A DNA stretch of 52,149 nt, filler included, from Dimargaris cristalligena (lineage: Eukaryota), in assembly GCA_003614675.1 (NCBI GenBank). It is 3 parts of 3 records of this genome, joined end to end, with 100 filler letters (N's around TTAATTAATTAA, not from the genome) between each part and the next. Parts side by side here need not be neighbours in the genome. Positions count along the whole stretch, not along the records: positions 34,893 to 52,149 come from ML002812.1; 2 more parts are not named here. One strand, 5' to 3'. The translations under genes were made by a program, and so were the position numbers. The stretch's first letter is position 1. Each line of letters begins with the position of its first letter. Below are positions 34,893-46,417 of the stretch, piece after piece. Below the pieces are notes generated by a model, which was given only the letters and a program-made list of their open reading frames with translations, ran no database searches and was not told the origin of the DNA.

Positions 34893-35955
34893 CAGGTCCG
34901 ATCCACCCGAACGACGGGGGAGAACGGCTCCATTGGCGACAAACGCAATCAGATCATGCTGGGGTAGCAGGTTCCGCAGGTATTCCTGGTCGTCGATACT
35001 GTCGACGAAGGACTTGATGTGTTTGGCATCGAAACTAGCGTGGAACAGGGCGGTGTTCACAATGCGGGGTAGATTCTCGGTTAGGAGTGATTTGGCCTGG
35101 TGCCCTTGGATCCGGCGCCCTTTACCTGGCAGGGAAATCGTCAGTCGAAACTGGATAACGCCCTCCCGCATTCGAACCGCCGAGCGTTCCAAAACTTGCT
35201 GGCCCCCGGCATCGACATCAAACTCACCCCCAACCACTGTATTATGCCAGCCACCCCGGCCCCCGGATTTAGACGAGGCGGAGGGGCCGCTGACCTTCTG
35301 AGTTTTGGTGGCGCGATAGGCGGCGCGGGCCATGTAGTCACAGAGGGCTGTTTGTCGAATTGGGGTAGAATACAGCTCTGGTGGGAAGCCGTGGGCGGCC
35401 GGTTCGACGAGTATCCGGAAGCGAGATGCCGTGGCGAAAGGGTCGGCCTGGATATGGTCAATCAGGAGTGTGAACTTGGGAGCGTTAAACCTAGTGGGAA
35501 GGTCTTTATAGCAGGGGTAAGGCTTGCCGTCCATAGAAACTAGTCGTGTAGCCAGGGTGTTAAAGGGTACCCCTTCAGTCGAGTGGGGATTTGGCTGACT
35601 GGTATCTAGATATCAGGGGGTAAGAAGTTGATACATTATAGTGATTTTGGTATTCATTTGTTTTTGGCAATTAAGAATAAAGGCGCATTAGGTATGTAAT
35701 CGTAAACGAGGCTAGTGGTATCGGTATATTGTATGCTGCATCGAGAAGCCCAAGACGCATGGCCTGTAGACAAGTAGCCTATAAAAATCAAAAGAACTAT
35801 AATAATGATTGGTGGTTAAGATCACGTGGTTTTATGGATTTACACTGTTGCTGGGAGCCATGGTCGCTGGAGCCCGAATGGGACTGCGTTTTCTTGATAA
35901 ACCGCTTCCACGGTTGACCCTGATAGTTGGAATTCTGGCTATAGGGTCGCTTCAT
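34893..35955 (-). CDS. COG3044/MRB1590-like ABC-class ATPase, N-terminal part (3' truncated at contig end)
   Basis: DGKPYPCYKDL...LLIDHIQADPFA...GGQQVLERS...ISLPGKGRRIQG...DDQEYLR...LIAFVANGAVLPRRSG. Probable exon 1 35955-35844 and exon 2 from 35605, joined in frame by a GT-AG intron. Confidence 0.8.
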
Positions 35956-36158
35956 AGGGTGTAAATAGAGGAGGCTCAATGGCTATATATTGAAAGGAAT
36001 GTGAATGACGTGAAGTGAGAAGGAAGGTTATGGAAAGTGGTCAAACGTACCAGCTAGTGGCAATATTTTTGACCCAGCACCCCAAATATTATGTGACTTT
36101 GGCCAGTAGAGGGTGAGCCAGCAAGAGGGTTGTTCTCAAATAAAACCACGTGATCTTA
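35817..36158. repeat. Perfect 19-bp inverted repeat containing CACGTG
   Basis: TAAGATCACGTGGTTTTAT (35817-35835) and ATAAAACCACGTGATCTTA (36140-36158). Confidence 0.85.
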
Positions 36159-37280
36159 CCGAAATATTTCAGGTGGGAAGGAGGTTCAACTGGGCTGTTT
36201 TGCGAATAATTCGCTGGATACCAAAACTGCTGGTTAAAATTGAGTCTTCCATCTGGTTGTTACCCATATATAATGTAAACAGATATGGGAGAATTTTGGG
36301 TCCAGCCATACAACAACTTCAAAATCAAATTTGTCACTGGTGGCCCCTCTTCAACCCCCCTCCCCATACTTGACTGGTATATCAGTATTGGGCCTATGCG
36401 GGGTTTACACTAGCCAAAATGACCTCAAAGTTATGCTTTCCCAGCAGGACCAGAGCGAAGGTCCAATTCGCAGGTCAAAGAGAGCGGGGGAGGGGGGGGG
36501 ATATACATGTACACGTGCAAGGGTCTCGGCGCGGTTCCCGTTGGCCTCCTATACTATTCGGGGCCTCTACAGCATCCTCCTAGACATTTAGATTATTCTG
36601 AACAGTACAGGAGAATGGACTCTCCAAGCCATACCCTGTCTTAATAAAATAGCCACAAAGAGGGTATATTATTACTTCTGGTATATTGCTTACCTCCTTC
36701 CTTCTTCTTATCATTTTTTGGCTATATCTCTTCCGCTATAACTCATCCTCGTCGATAGTGCCTGGACCAGTTCACAGTATCTGAGTTCAGGGGCTCTGGG
36801 ACTCTGCCCGAAAATCCCATGATTTTATTAATAGCCCTTCGAGTAATTGTTAAAGGATTACCCTTTGTACAGCCCAGTAAGCCTCAAAAGTTGGGCTCAG
36901 CTTACCAAGAATCTGGCCGACAAGAAGGTAGGCTATCACGCCCCCCGACCGTGACTTGGGTATCCGGGACTACAATCGCCCAATCTATTTAGTGGTTTGC
37001 CCCCTCAGCCTAATACAGTCTGTGAAAGAGCAGAGGGAAGGAAGGCATGCTGCCGGGGAATGCCACATGGGCGGAATCCTTAACCCAACCTTACTCATAA
37101 AAAGATATAAAAGGGCTGTCTCCTGGAACTTATCAAATATTATCAACAACATCCACTACCTTATGATATCGCCACTACACCTCTCTTTTCTTCTATAGAC
37201 CCCCTTTCCTTCCGCCCACACCATTCGATTTTTCAGTCGAATTTGTTCTTCTCCCCTCCCTTCCTTTAATCACTCGCGCT

Positions 37281-37559
37281 TTGCAGTTCTCCACCCTAAG
37301 CCAATTCATCCTAATCGTTGGAGTTTGGTGCGCTGCTGTGAACGCCCGCCCGATTCCAAGTGGTCAGTATAACTCAGCTCTCGCCCTACCCACCTCTCAC
37401 CAGATGATCCGGCGGGGTGTGAGTTCCACTGTATATTTGGCCCGTCGGTCCCCTAACCATGATGGAGGCGAAGAAAAGTAGCCTGAGGAAGATAACGAAG
37501 GCGACGACGAAGAGGAGGGCGAGGAAGGAGATAATGAAGAGGGCGAGGACAAGAAATAA
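37281..37559 (+). pseudogene. Small secreted protein gene with TTG start and internal TAG
   Basis: (M)QFSTLSQFILIVGVWCAAVNARP signal peptide, IRR/ARR sites, acidic tail continuing in frame past TAG 37479-37481 to TAA 37557-37559; TATAAAA at 37106-37112. Confidence 0.6.
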
Positions 37560-39129
37560 AATTCCCGCTCCGAAAATTTGACGAGTTCGTAAACCAAGAG
37601 TACCAACAGCGACGAAATGAGTGTTATTTCGATGTGGTACGTGACTCGTTTTAAACCCCCACGAATCCGGGATAGATTAGCAACTGCCGTGTTTTTCCGA
37701 TGCTCTATTTTTCTAAATATGGCTAGTTAATGGTGTGGTGGTTTAGATCGCTCATCTTAATCTACTCGTGTATGAGTTTAAACGGCGCTATTATATTTGT
37801 ATTCTTTATTAAAACCAGACATTGGATATTCGGCGACTTCTGTAGTCGGTCCTAGTCCCAGGGGCTTTTTATTTTCTATATTTCTGTCTTTCATGATGTT
37901 TTGGTCTTTCACCCTTTAAAATAAATATCTGGTTATATTTAACAAATTTACGGCATAGCGCTATACGGACTATCGGCTGGTTCGTGCAATGGCAAAATGT
38001 GTTGTTTGTTATTTTAGCTGTACCATTTTGCCAGCCTTACTAACCGAGAAAACTGTAGGTAATATAGAAATGCCACGCTTTTCTATACATAAAGGCGGTA
38101 GTAAAGTCAAACACTGATACTGAATGAAAACCATAAATACTTCATTAAACCATACGAATGAAACGTATTGAATAGCCAATTGCAAAAGAGACGAGGCATC
38201 CATTATTCAAAGTGTGGTCTGACGAGGTTCAACATAACTGATTAAGACTCCGAGAGAAATATATAAAAAAAACCTGTAATCGGCTTTAAATGTACAGACC
38301 CAACTTAACGGGCTGACCAATACTCAGAAAAACTGAACTTACCGCATCTTAATATTTATACCCGACATGTTGACCAATGTCCGGCCAAGGTCTTTCTAGC
38401 TGGACGTATGCTTTCATGGAACCTCTCTACTATATATATAGCAAGTCCAATACCATTTTTATAAACTTTGCTATATGTCCCTTCTTCTATTCACCAATTT
38501 TCAACCCCAAATAAAACTGACAGCCACTAAAACTATGTGCCAGGAATAGATAGATTATCATGGTACTGGAAGGTACCATTACAGGACTACCGCATTAGTT
38601 TAGATATTTGAAGATGCCAGAATTACTCAATTAGTGCAGTTGGCCTCAAAGGATGGAGAGTGGTCATTTAAAGGCATATGCTATTGAGTAGAAAATGGTG
38701 TAAATATAAATAGGCTAAGTGCTGTTTTTAACACATAGCACTGGGGTGCCTATTTTCCCTGCATAGCAGTTGATTTTCAATTGAGCTATAGTAAACTATA
38801 CTCCAGTGGGAGAATTTTCGGCCCCACGACATACTAAGGTATTATTATTTCCCAGCGTAATGATCACACCCACGATATGCAGAATATCCAGCACTTTGGG
38901 TGGCTTCACTTTGTGTAAGTAGAGAGGCCTTCTTGAATCACAGGTCCAATGCCCACTTCAGGAATAGACGTATACACTTACAAACCCAATGTTCGGTTGA
39001 ACGTAGTCAAACTTATCGCATTTCTGTTATTGGCATTGTGTTTCTATTCAATCACGTTCTCTGCTTCGATTGCTTAATTTCAAACCGATCCACTGCTACG
39101 CTTTTGATCGTCTCGAATCCTACCCAGTC

Positions 39130-41418
39130 ATGTGGATCCCGCTAGTATCTTCCACCACTGGCCGACCAGCAGCCACCCGGGCCCTGGTCCGCCCCCTTCT
39201 CCGCTGCCAGCCCAGTGGGCGTCCGTCGACTGCCACCACCCCTCTGATCCGCATGAGTTCCTGGGATCGACCCGCCCAGGGCAACGACGATGCTACTGCT
39301 TCCCCGGTCCGCTTCACCGCTACGAGAACCGGTCCCGGATCGGTCCGCAATTGGGATGCACCGACCAAATCCACCGCTCGCTATGAGAATATCCCCCAAG
39401 TCCTTGATAAGATGCGCGCGGCCCTGAATAACCGCAACATTCCCGTGGCCGTCGGTTGTTACGGTACGATTAAAGGGGCTAACCTGCCCGGTGCCGTCCT
39501 CACGTCGCTGGACTACCGGATGCTGGCCAGTACTTTGGTGGACCAGTCGGGGGGACTGCCGGGTTACCTGACCCCGGATAAAACGGTGGGGACCCGTAGT
39601 CAAGGTATGCGGCGCAGTCAGCTCGATACGCGCTACCTGCATCGCCTTCAGATCGTGCTGGAGGATTGGTTGGTCGATATCAAGGCTAGCGGCTCGGCCC
39701 TCACGGTCGGTGTCTCGGATTTGACTTACATTGTGTACGCCGCTTCCGGAATCGGGGCCACCAATGTCGCGATTGACGCCCTGCTCCATATGCAACACAG
39801 CCATCTGCCCCCCCGCCCTCAGGTCGTTAATGCAGTAGTTCGTGGTTTAGTGGACAATAATGCCCCACGTCGCCTGAGTCATTTTTGGAAGGTCGTCATT
39901 AACCATAAACTTGAAATCACCGCGGATACCATCCGGCTGTCCCTCTCTATGCTCTCCCGCCAGCCCGACAGTCCAATCACCCGCAGTACGTTGGAGCAGA
40001 TTTTAACCCGAGCGCACCCATTGCCCACTTCGCAGCTGCCCTTTGTGCTGACCATTTACTCGCGGGCCCACAACGAGGTGAAAGTCAATGAAATCTACCA
40101 ACGTATCATGGACTCGACGGACATGAAGAAAGTGGACATGTATGCCTACATTGCGACTACGCTTGCCGCTATGGGTAATAGGGTCGAGGAAGTCCACCGC
40201 CTTTACGAGAGCCACCTACAGACCAAACCCCTCACCTCGAAGGACTTTGTCATGTACGCCAAAGCGGCCCGCTATTTGAAGGACCCGGAATTCCTGGACC
40301 GCCTACTCGCCGGAGCCTGTGAGTTGACCCCCCAACTCAGCGGTGAAACGGCCCTGGCCTTTAGTTTCTCCTATTGGTACGCCAAGCAACCCGCCAAGTC
40401 CAAGGAAATCCTGGTGGAATACTTAAACCAAGCGACCGAGTTCGACAATGTTAAAATGCACTCGGTCTACTCGGTGGCCAAATTTCTTCAGGACCCCGCC
40501 CTGGCCCTGGAGGCGTTTGAGTTATTTAAATCACGGGGCCTCGTTACCCACCCCGAGCCGCTCGTCCCGCTCGTGGCCCATTTGGTTGAACAGTCGGAAG
40601 TTAAGTCGGCCAAGTACGTGGTGGATGAAATCGAGCGCCTGCACATACCCCACCACATCCGGCTGGATACGGAAATTGCCGGCTACCATGTTTTGGCCGA
40701 AGACCCCATCCAAGCCCGCCTTTTGCAGTCGCGGTACGCCAATTACAATGCCTCCCATCGCGGGCGGTTCATCACCAGTGTGGCGTACCAACTTGCTCGG
40801 ACAGACCAGCTCGATCAATGCCTGGAATGGATTCGCCAACTCGCCCAACTCGGCCAAACCCCGTCCCTCAACTTATGCAACCTGATCCTTAACAAACTGC
40901 TCGAAGTCAACCAGGTGGGCAAGGCCTGGGCCCTATTTGAGCAGATGTATAGTTCGCGGGATGTCCCAGGGCCTCCATTGGTGTCCATGGTCCTGCGCGC
41001 CTGTACCCGGACCGGCAGCGAACTGGCCCTGCGCCTGATGTTGGAATGGATCGATAAGCAAGACGATCGGATCCGGAATCCCGGCTTACTCTGCCAGCTG
41101 GCCGTCGGTTTTGCGATTTTGAACCAGCCCACCGTGGTGCAGCAGATTTTGACCACGCCATTGAACGGACGACCTTTTGTCCCGCGGCCCCGCTGGGTGC
41201 AGTACATTGCCTTTCACAAGGATCGCTGGAGTCCCGAACAGCGCGCTAGTCTGGAGGCCCATTGGAAGTCCCTGAATAGTCCCGAAATTAGCCAAGCGTG
41301 GGAGACCCCCGTGGATCCCGTCACCAAGTCCCAGGGCGCCGGAGAAGAAGAAGGAAGTGAGGAACATATGGATGTGTTAAATAGAAACAAACAGACGCAG
41401 ATTCCCTCTAGTTTCTAG
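39130..41418 (+). CDS. Probable mitochondrial PPR-like helical-repeat protein
   Basis: Arg/Ser/Thr-rich, acid-free N-terminus; degenerate PPR motifs (PRPQVVNAVVRGL, PSLNLCNLILNKLLEVNQVGKAWALFEQM). First ATG at 39130. Confidence 0.7.
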   Translation: MWIPLVSSTTGRPAATRALVRPLLRCQPSGRPSTATTPLIRMSSWDRPAQGNDDATASPVRFTATRTGPGSVRNWDAPTKSTARYENIPQVLDKMRAALNNRNIPVAVGCYGTIKGANLPGAVLTSLDYRMLASTLVDQSGGLPGYLTPDKTVGTRSQGMRRSQLDTRYLHRLQIVLEDWLVDIKASGSALTVGVSDLTYIVYAASGIGATNVAIDALLHMQHSHLPPRPQVVNAVVRGLVDNNAPRRLSHFWKVVINHKLEITADTIRLSLSMLSRQPDSPITRSTLEQILTRAHPLPTSQLPFVLTIYSRAHNEVKVNEIYQRIMDSTDMKKVDMYAYIATTLAAMGNRVEEVHRLYESHLQTKPLTSKDFVMYAKAARYLKDPEFLDRLLAGACELTPQLSGETALAFSFSYWYAKQPAKSKEILVEYLNQATEFDNVKMHSVYSVAKFLQDPALALEAFELFKSRGLVTHPEPLVPLVAHLVEQSEVKSAKYVVDEIERLHIPHHIRLDTEIAGYHVLAEDPIQARLLQSRYANYNASHRGRFITSVAYQLARTDQLDQCLEWIRQLAQLGQTPSLNLCNLILNKLLEVNQVGKAWALFEQMYSSRDVPGPPLVSMVLRACTRTGSELALRLMLEWIDKQDDRIRNPGLLCQLAVGFAILNQPTVVQQILTTPLNGRPFVPRPRWVQYIAFHKDRWSPEQRASLEAHWKSLNSPEISQAWETPVDPVTKSQGAGEEEGSEEHMDVLNRNKQTQIPSSF

Positions 41419-43115
41419 GGAGGTTCCCTTACGGTGCGATACGCTTGGGCATGCTGCCCTAAAAATTCGATAGAGAACCGATTGGGTGTCCCCCATTAGG
41501 TGTGGTACTTCTCCCCCCCCTCCCCTCCCCTCCCCCCGGCTGTTTGCATTTTTACCATAATTAACAATGAATGTTGACCAAATTGATTTATTCTTTTATT
41601 TTTGAACGATTTCTAACGTTAGAGGTGGTCCTTGGCCCCAAACTGGCAATTGAATTTTCTATTTAATATAGTAGGCCCAGGTCGTTGATAATGTACTAAC
41701 TTGAGCATATTTACGATGAACTGCTAGAGCGCATACCAAAACCGGCAGATTACAGAGCATGGCACTTTTCCAGTACTGTCCTGCCAAACTAAAGCAGCAT
41801 GAGAGGCAGATGGTCCATGTAGAAAATAGGTCAGGGGAGGGGCCCTCAAGCCCCTGGATTATACGGTCAGCCGGAGGCCCTGCATAGTGTACCATGGCCA
41901 TTTTATCCGAATGCGAAGGAATAAAGGAGCGAGCGCTAAAGCCATGCAACAATTGAAGCTCCGACCAGAGAAGAGGGGGGCGGGCGGGCACTAGGCGGTT
42001 CTACATGAGGGATTCCCATTGGGCCCTTGCTAGTCACTATTCAGTCAGTACCCATGGTATGGTAAACGCTTATTCAGTTCATCACTTTCGATCCGACCCA
42101 TGGGTAAGGAGTGAGTCCATGAGGTCATACATTAATGGACTGAATCAGGAAAGGCCCAGGTACACATGTTGACATGGAGGGTTTTAGTCCCTGATTACGA
42201 ACAGTCATTGCGAAATTGAATGAATATAACATCCTTGAGCTCAGGTTTGGAATGACAACCCGCGGCTGATCTCGATTCAGTTAATTGTAGCTGGCCTGTA
42301 TTATTGGAATGAAAGCAAACCACCCCGAACATAGTAGCGTATGGTAGTAGTCCAGGGATCCAGGTACTGAACAGCAACCTAATCTCCTTGGTGATTGGTA
42401 ATAAGAACGCGCACCTTACCCTCCCCCTAGGTAAGAGAGTGGGCACTGGTGAGTAATGGGCAATTATCGTGGTAATCGGAGATTGAAATTCAGATAAAGG
42501 GTTAGCCTTATATAGACTGGACATGCCTCCAATCGTGCAGCACCTTGCCGGATATACCCAATATATTAGGCCCAACCCCCATTCCCTGCCCACGCCTGCT
42601 TCCCAGGCGGATTATCTATTTATACATCACCCACCACCCCCTCCTAGTTCCCCTTGTATTCCCTGTCTGTCCCTGTTACCTATTCAACGTCATATAGCAA
42701 ACACATCATTGCGTTTTGGGGTTGCACTTTATTTTAACTATAGCCATTTTGATACGTTTATTGTCCAGTAGTAATACACTATCCTACTTTGACCTCAAAA
42801 CCAACTTCCTCAATCGAATATATATATATATATTAGTTTCATTACACAAACGCTCGCACGTAGATTCCTATTTTATTGCAGACACTTGACTCCCCTGACT
42901 TTAATTATTCCCAATATTTCTTAATCTGCGGGTCACATGAAATCTCCGTTGTGCATTTCTCAATCCATTCCAAATTACTCTAATATACATTCATATTTTT
43001 TTGGAGAATTTCCGTACCCCTAGCTGTCGTCGGAGCTGGTATCAATTGTGTTGGATATTAAATTCTAGCACTTCCTACTACTACCCTCCCCCCTTCAGCA
43101 GTCCAGTTTAACAAA

Positions 43116-44942
43116 ATGCGGCCTTCTAATCGAGTTCATTTTGACCATTTCGCGGATATCCCTGATCCGGATATATTGCATTGTAGCCGGCCCCCGGTTC
43201 CCCAATCCCCCGCTCCCGTCTTTTTCAACCGTGACCACCGTCACTCTATATACCTACACCAAGACTTTTACCCCATGGACGATGCGGCTCTCTCCGCATC
43301 CAAGGCATTGGCTAATGGCTGGACGACTGTGGCGGACCCTTCGAAAGAGAACGTCCCCAATCCCGCTACTACCCCCGCCCATACTCCCCCTACCTATGCT
43401 GTCACTAATATGATTAATACCACCGCCCCCGTGTCGCTAACCCGCATGGTTCCGATTCTGGTGGGCGTGGCGTTGGCCATGTTTCTTTCGTTTCTCGACA
43501 CCACCATTGTCGCCACCGCTTTACCGCGCATCGGCCACGACCTCCATGCGTTTACCCAAATTGGTTGGGTGGCCACGTCCTATCTCCTCACCACCACGGT
43601 CCTCCAACCCCTTTTCGGTCGGTTCGCCGATATTTTCGGACGCAAACCGGTGATTCTCTTCTGCCTCTCGGTGTTTCTAGCAGGCTGTGCGCTGTGTGGC
43701 ACGGCCCCTAATATGGCCCTCCTCATTGTGTTCCGCGGGCTCACGGGCGTAGGGGCGGCCGGGTTAATGACCTTGTCCGTCGTTATTGTGTCCGATATCG
43801 TACCCCTCAGCCAGCGGGCCCTGTTTCTGAGCGGTCAGGGCGTGATTTTTGCCTTTGCGAGTGTGTTGGGTCCCATGTTAGGCGGTTTGTTTACGGACAA
43901 ACTGTCGTGGCGGTGGGTGTTCTTCATCAACTTGCCCATCGGTGGTTTGGCGATGCTTACCCTGGTCCTGTTTCTGCATATACCCCGACCGACCGGCAAG
44001 TTCTGGGCCCAGATCCGGCGTTTGGACGGCTGGGGTATTCTGACCATGATGGCGGCCACGTGTACGTTGCTCCTGGCTGTCTCGTGGGGTGGTAATGAAT
44101 ACCCCTGGTCCCACCCTTTGGTAATTGGCCTGTTCATTGCCGGACTAGTCGGCACCGTTCTCTTCGTCGTGGTCGAAATCTACGTCGCCACCGAACCCCT
44201 AATTCCCATGCGACTCTTCACCAACCGCAACGTAGCGCTGACCATGATCGGCATCACTTTTCTGGGCATGGTAGTGCTCGGTCACCTTATTTACATGCCC
44301 ATTTATTTTACCGTGGTGCGCGGAAATACGGCCACAGTGGCTGGGTTAAAATTACTGCCCCTAATGCTGGGCCTCGTCACTTCGTCGCTACTCAGTGGTG
44401 TCTACATCAACAAAACGGGCCGCTACATTCCACTGATTTGGCTTGGGGGCGTTATTGCAACGGTGGGTATGGGGGTGACTACCCTTCTTACCCGGCACTC
44501 GACCCTGGGCCATGAAATCGGCTGCTTACTAGTAGTCGGACTGGGAACGGGACTGTGTCTCCAACCTTCGCTCCTGGTGGCCCAATCGGCAGCCAGCGAT
44601 GACGACGTGGCCATTGTGACGGCGTGTTGGGGATTCTTCCAAAACATCGGATCCACCATTGGTTTGGCTATCATGGGCTCAGTGCTCAACAACTGCCAGG
44701 ACAGCGAATTGGCACATCTGGCCCATAAATATAATGTGACGCTACCGTCGGACCCTAGTACCATTGATTTTCACCAAATGCCCCCCGGGTTCTACCATGA
44801 TTACCAGGACGCCTACGCGCAGGGACTCCGAATGGTGTTTATCGTTGCTATTCCCCTCATGGGCCTGTCATTATTGAGCGCCGTCTTCCTTAAACACATC
44901 CCTCTTCGAACGTCAACCGGGGGCGCAAATGTTGTACTGTAA
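43116..44942 (+). CDS. MFS drug:H+ antiporter, DHA2 (14-TMS) family
   Basis: FLSFLDTTIVATALPRI, WVATSYLL, GRFADIFGRK (motif A), FRGLTGVG, GPMLGG, WRWVFFINLPIG. The true start may be ATG 43275. Confidence 0.95.
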   Translation: MRPSNRVHFDHFADIPDPDILHCSRPPVPQSPAPVFFNRDHRHSIYLHQDFYPMDDAALSASKALANGWTTVADPSKENVPNPATTPAHTPPTYAVTNMINTTAPVSLTRMVPILVGVALAMFLSFLDTTIVATALPRIGHDLHAFTQIGWVATSYLLTTTVLQPLFGRFADIFGRKPVILFCLSVFLAGCALCGTAPNMALLIVFRGLTGVGAAGLMTLSVVIVSDIVPLSQRALFLSGQGVIFAFASVLGPMLGGLFTDKLSWRWVFFINLPIGGLAMLTLVLFLHIPRPTGKFWAQIRRLDGWGILTMMAATCTLLLAVSWGGNEYPWSHPLVIGLFIAGLVGTVLFVVVEIYVATEPLIPMRLFTNRNVALTMIGITFLGMVVLGHLIYMPIYFTVVRGNTATVAGLKLLPLMLGLVTSSLLSGVYINKTGRYIPLIWLGGVIATVGMGVTTLLTRHSTLGHEIGCLLVVGLGTGLCLQPSLLVAQSAASDDDVAIVTACWGFFQNIGSTIGLAIMGSVLNNCQDSELAHLAHKYNVTLPSDPSTIDFHQMPPGFYHDYQDAYAQGLRMVFIVAIPLMGLSLLSAVFLKHIPLRTSTGGANVVL

Positions 44943-45590
44943 ATAGATTTTTCATACTCCTTGTACTCACTCACTCATACTCTATTTTTTTGTTGATGTA
45001 TAAAATCCTAATGCCCATCCGTATGGACCACTCTAATCATATTCATATATTCATATTAAAGACTTTTCTCGAGCTTTTGGCGCATCTAGTGGGGTGTCTC
45101 AATCAGGTGTTGCCAATGGCAATTATGGATGGATAGTCGTATCCGTATATATTTGAAGAGAGGTCTATAGTATAGTCTTTAGGTATAATAACTGTGCAAA
45201 CACGCCCGAGCTCCCAATGGCCAAAGTATCATCTAATGAGATGTGTTTTACACAATAACCAGTGCTGAGGGTGGGTGGGTGGGTTTCAGGAGGGAGAGGA
45301 GCCCTAATAATTCCCAAGCAGTTTCACCCAGGGTGGCTGCTGCTCATTCAATTGTCTCATTACCTAGCCTCTTCAAACACGAATCGTCAACCTGTTATGT
45401 GAATGCGTCCAGTAGCCACGTTCATTTCCTGCTTATTCTTTTCCTCGAACTAGAAATACGTTCTGCCCATTACCGTACCGCGAATCCAGTGAACCCGGAC
45501 GACACAATTCAAATTTAGGTCGCCATTCCACCCCGTTAGACGTCGATCGGTACACCCAAGCTTACCTCCCCCCTCCAAGTTCGTGTTAAC

Positions 45591-46116
45591 ATGACCAAAA
45601 TCCAGGACGACATTGGCCGGCAGGTTCCTGCTCTGATGCCCTACGGCGAATGCCAGAGAGAGTCCCGTAAGGTGGGACTGATCGCCGGAGTCACCGGCTC
45701 CTTCTTAGCCTATTATTTCGGCCAGCGGTTCCTTCGCCTATCCCCCAATGCGGCTTTGCTGAGTGGCGGCGGTAAGTTTGTATTATGTTAGGATGTATTT
45801 TAGGGGCAGCTTCGAAACCAGGCCGCCTAATGGCCATTAATGGTAACGATCCACATAGTGGTGGGTAAGTAACCTGCCCCCATTTTTTATTCATATCCGC
45901 GGGCATGTATTGCTATCTACGCGAAACTCAAATCCCCGGGCCACTATAATTTATTTTATGTATATACGCAAACAAACTACAGTCAGCGGCGTCCTCGTGG
46001 GGTACATGTTCTCCAAGCAAATTATGAAGGACTGCCTCACCCGTAATAATCTCGTACAGGGCAGTGAAGAACATTCTTCCACCGACAAGACCGACCCCCC
46101 AGCGAAGACATTCTAA
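45591..46116 (+). CDS. TMEM141-like two-TM protein, 2 exons, 104 aa
   Basis: Exons 45591-45771 and 45983-46116 (GTAAGT...CAG) in frame; DD.....P.L..Y.ECQ.....G, TM1, TM2, Y........C pattern as in TMEM141. Confidence 0.65.
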
Positions 46117-46417
46117 TCACCCCGGGACAGCCTATAACCAACCCGGCTGTCAAGCTACATAGTAGGGGTTGCTACAACCCAAAAACACCAAGGCTCTTAT
46201 TTGTCGAGGGTCTAACCGTAATATACGATTCTTAATAAACCTAAAGTATGCACTGCGCAAAGTTGGCCCTTGGATGGGCAGGTATCAATAGATATGTTGA
46301 GAGATGTAAGGGTGCTTTTTTTAATTTGTGATATTGGTGCAATATTATAAGACATGGTACACAAAGACACTGCCGACCAGACCAAGAGTGGGGAGGGGAA
46401 GTGTGGAAGGCAGGGCT

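Noticed and set aside
34489-41418. PPR / RNA-ATPase / PPR RNA-editing cluster
   Set aside because: The first PPR fragment is on a different contig; adjacency of the other two is unremarkable in a fungal genome.
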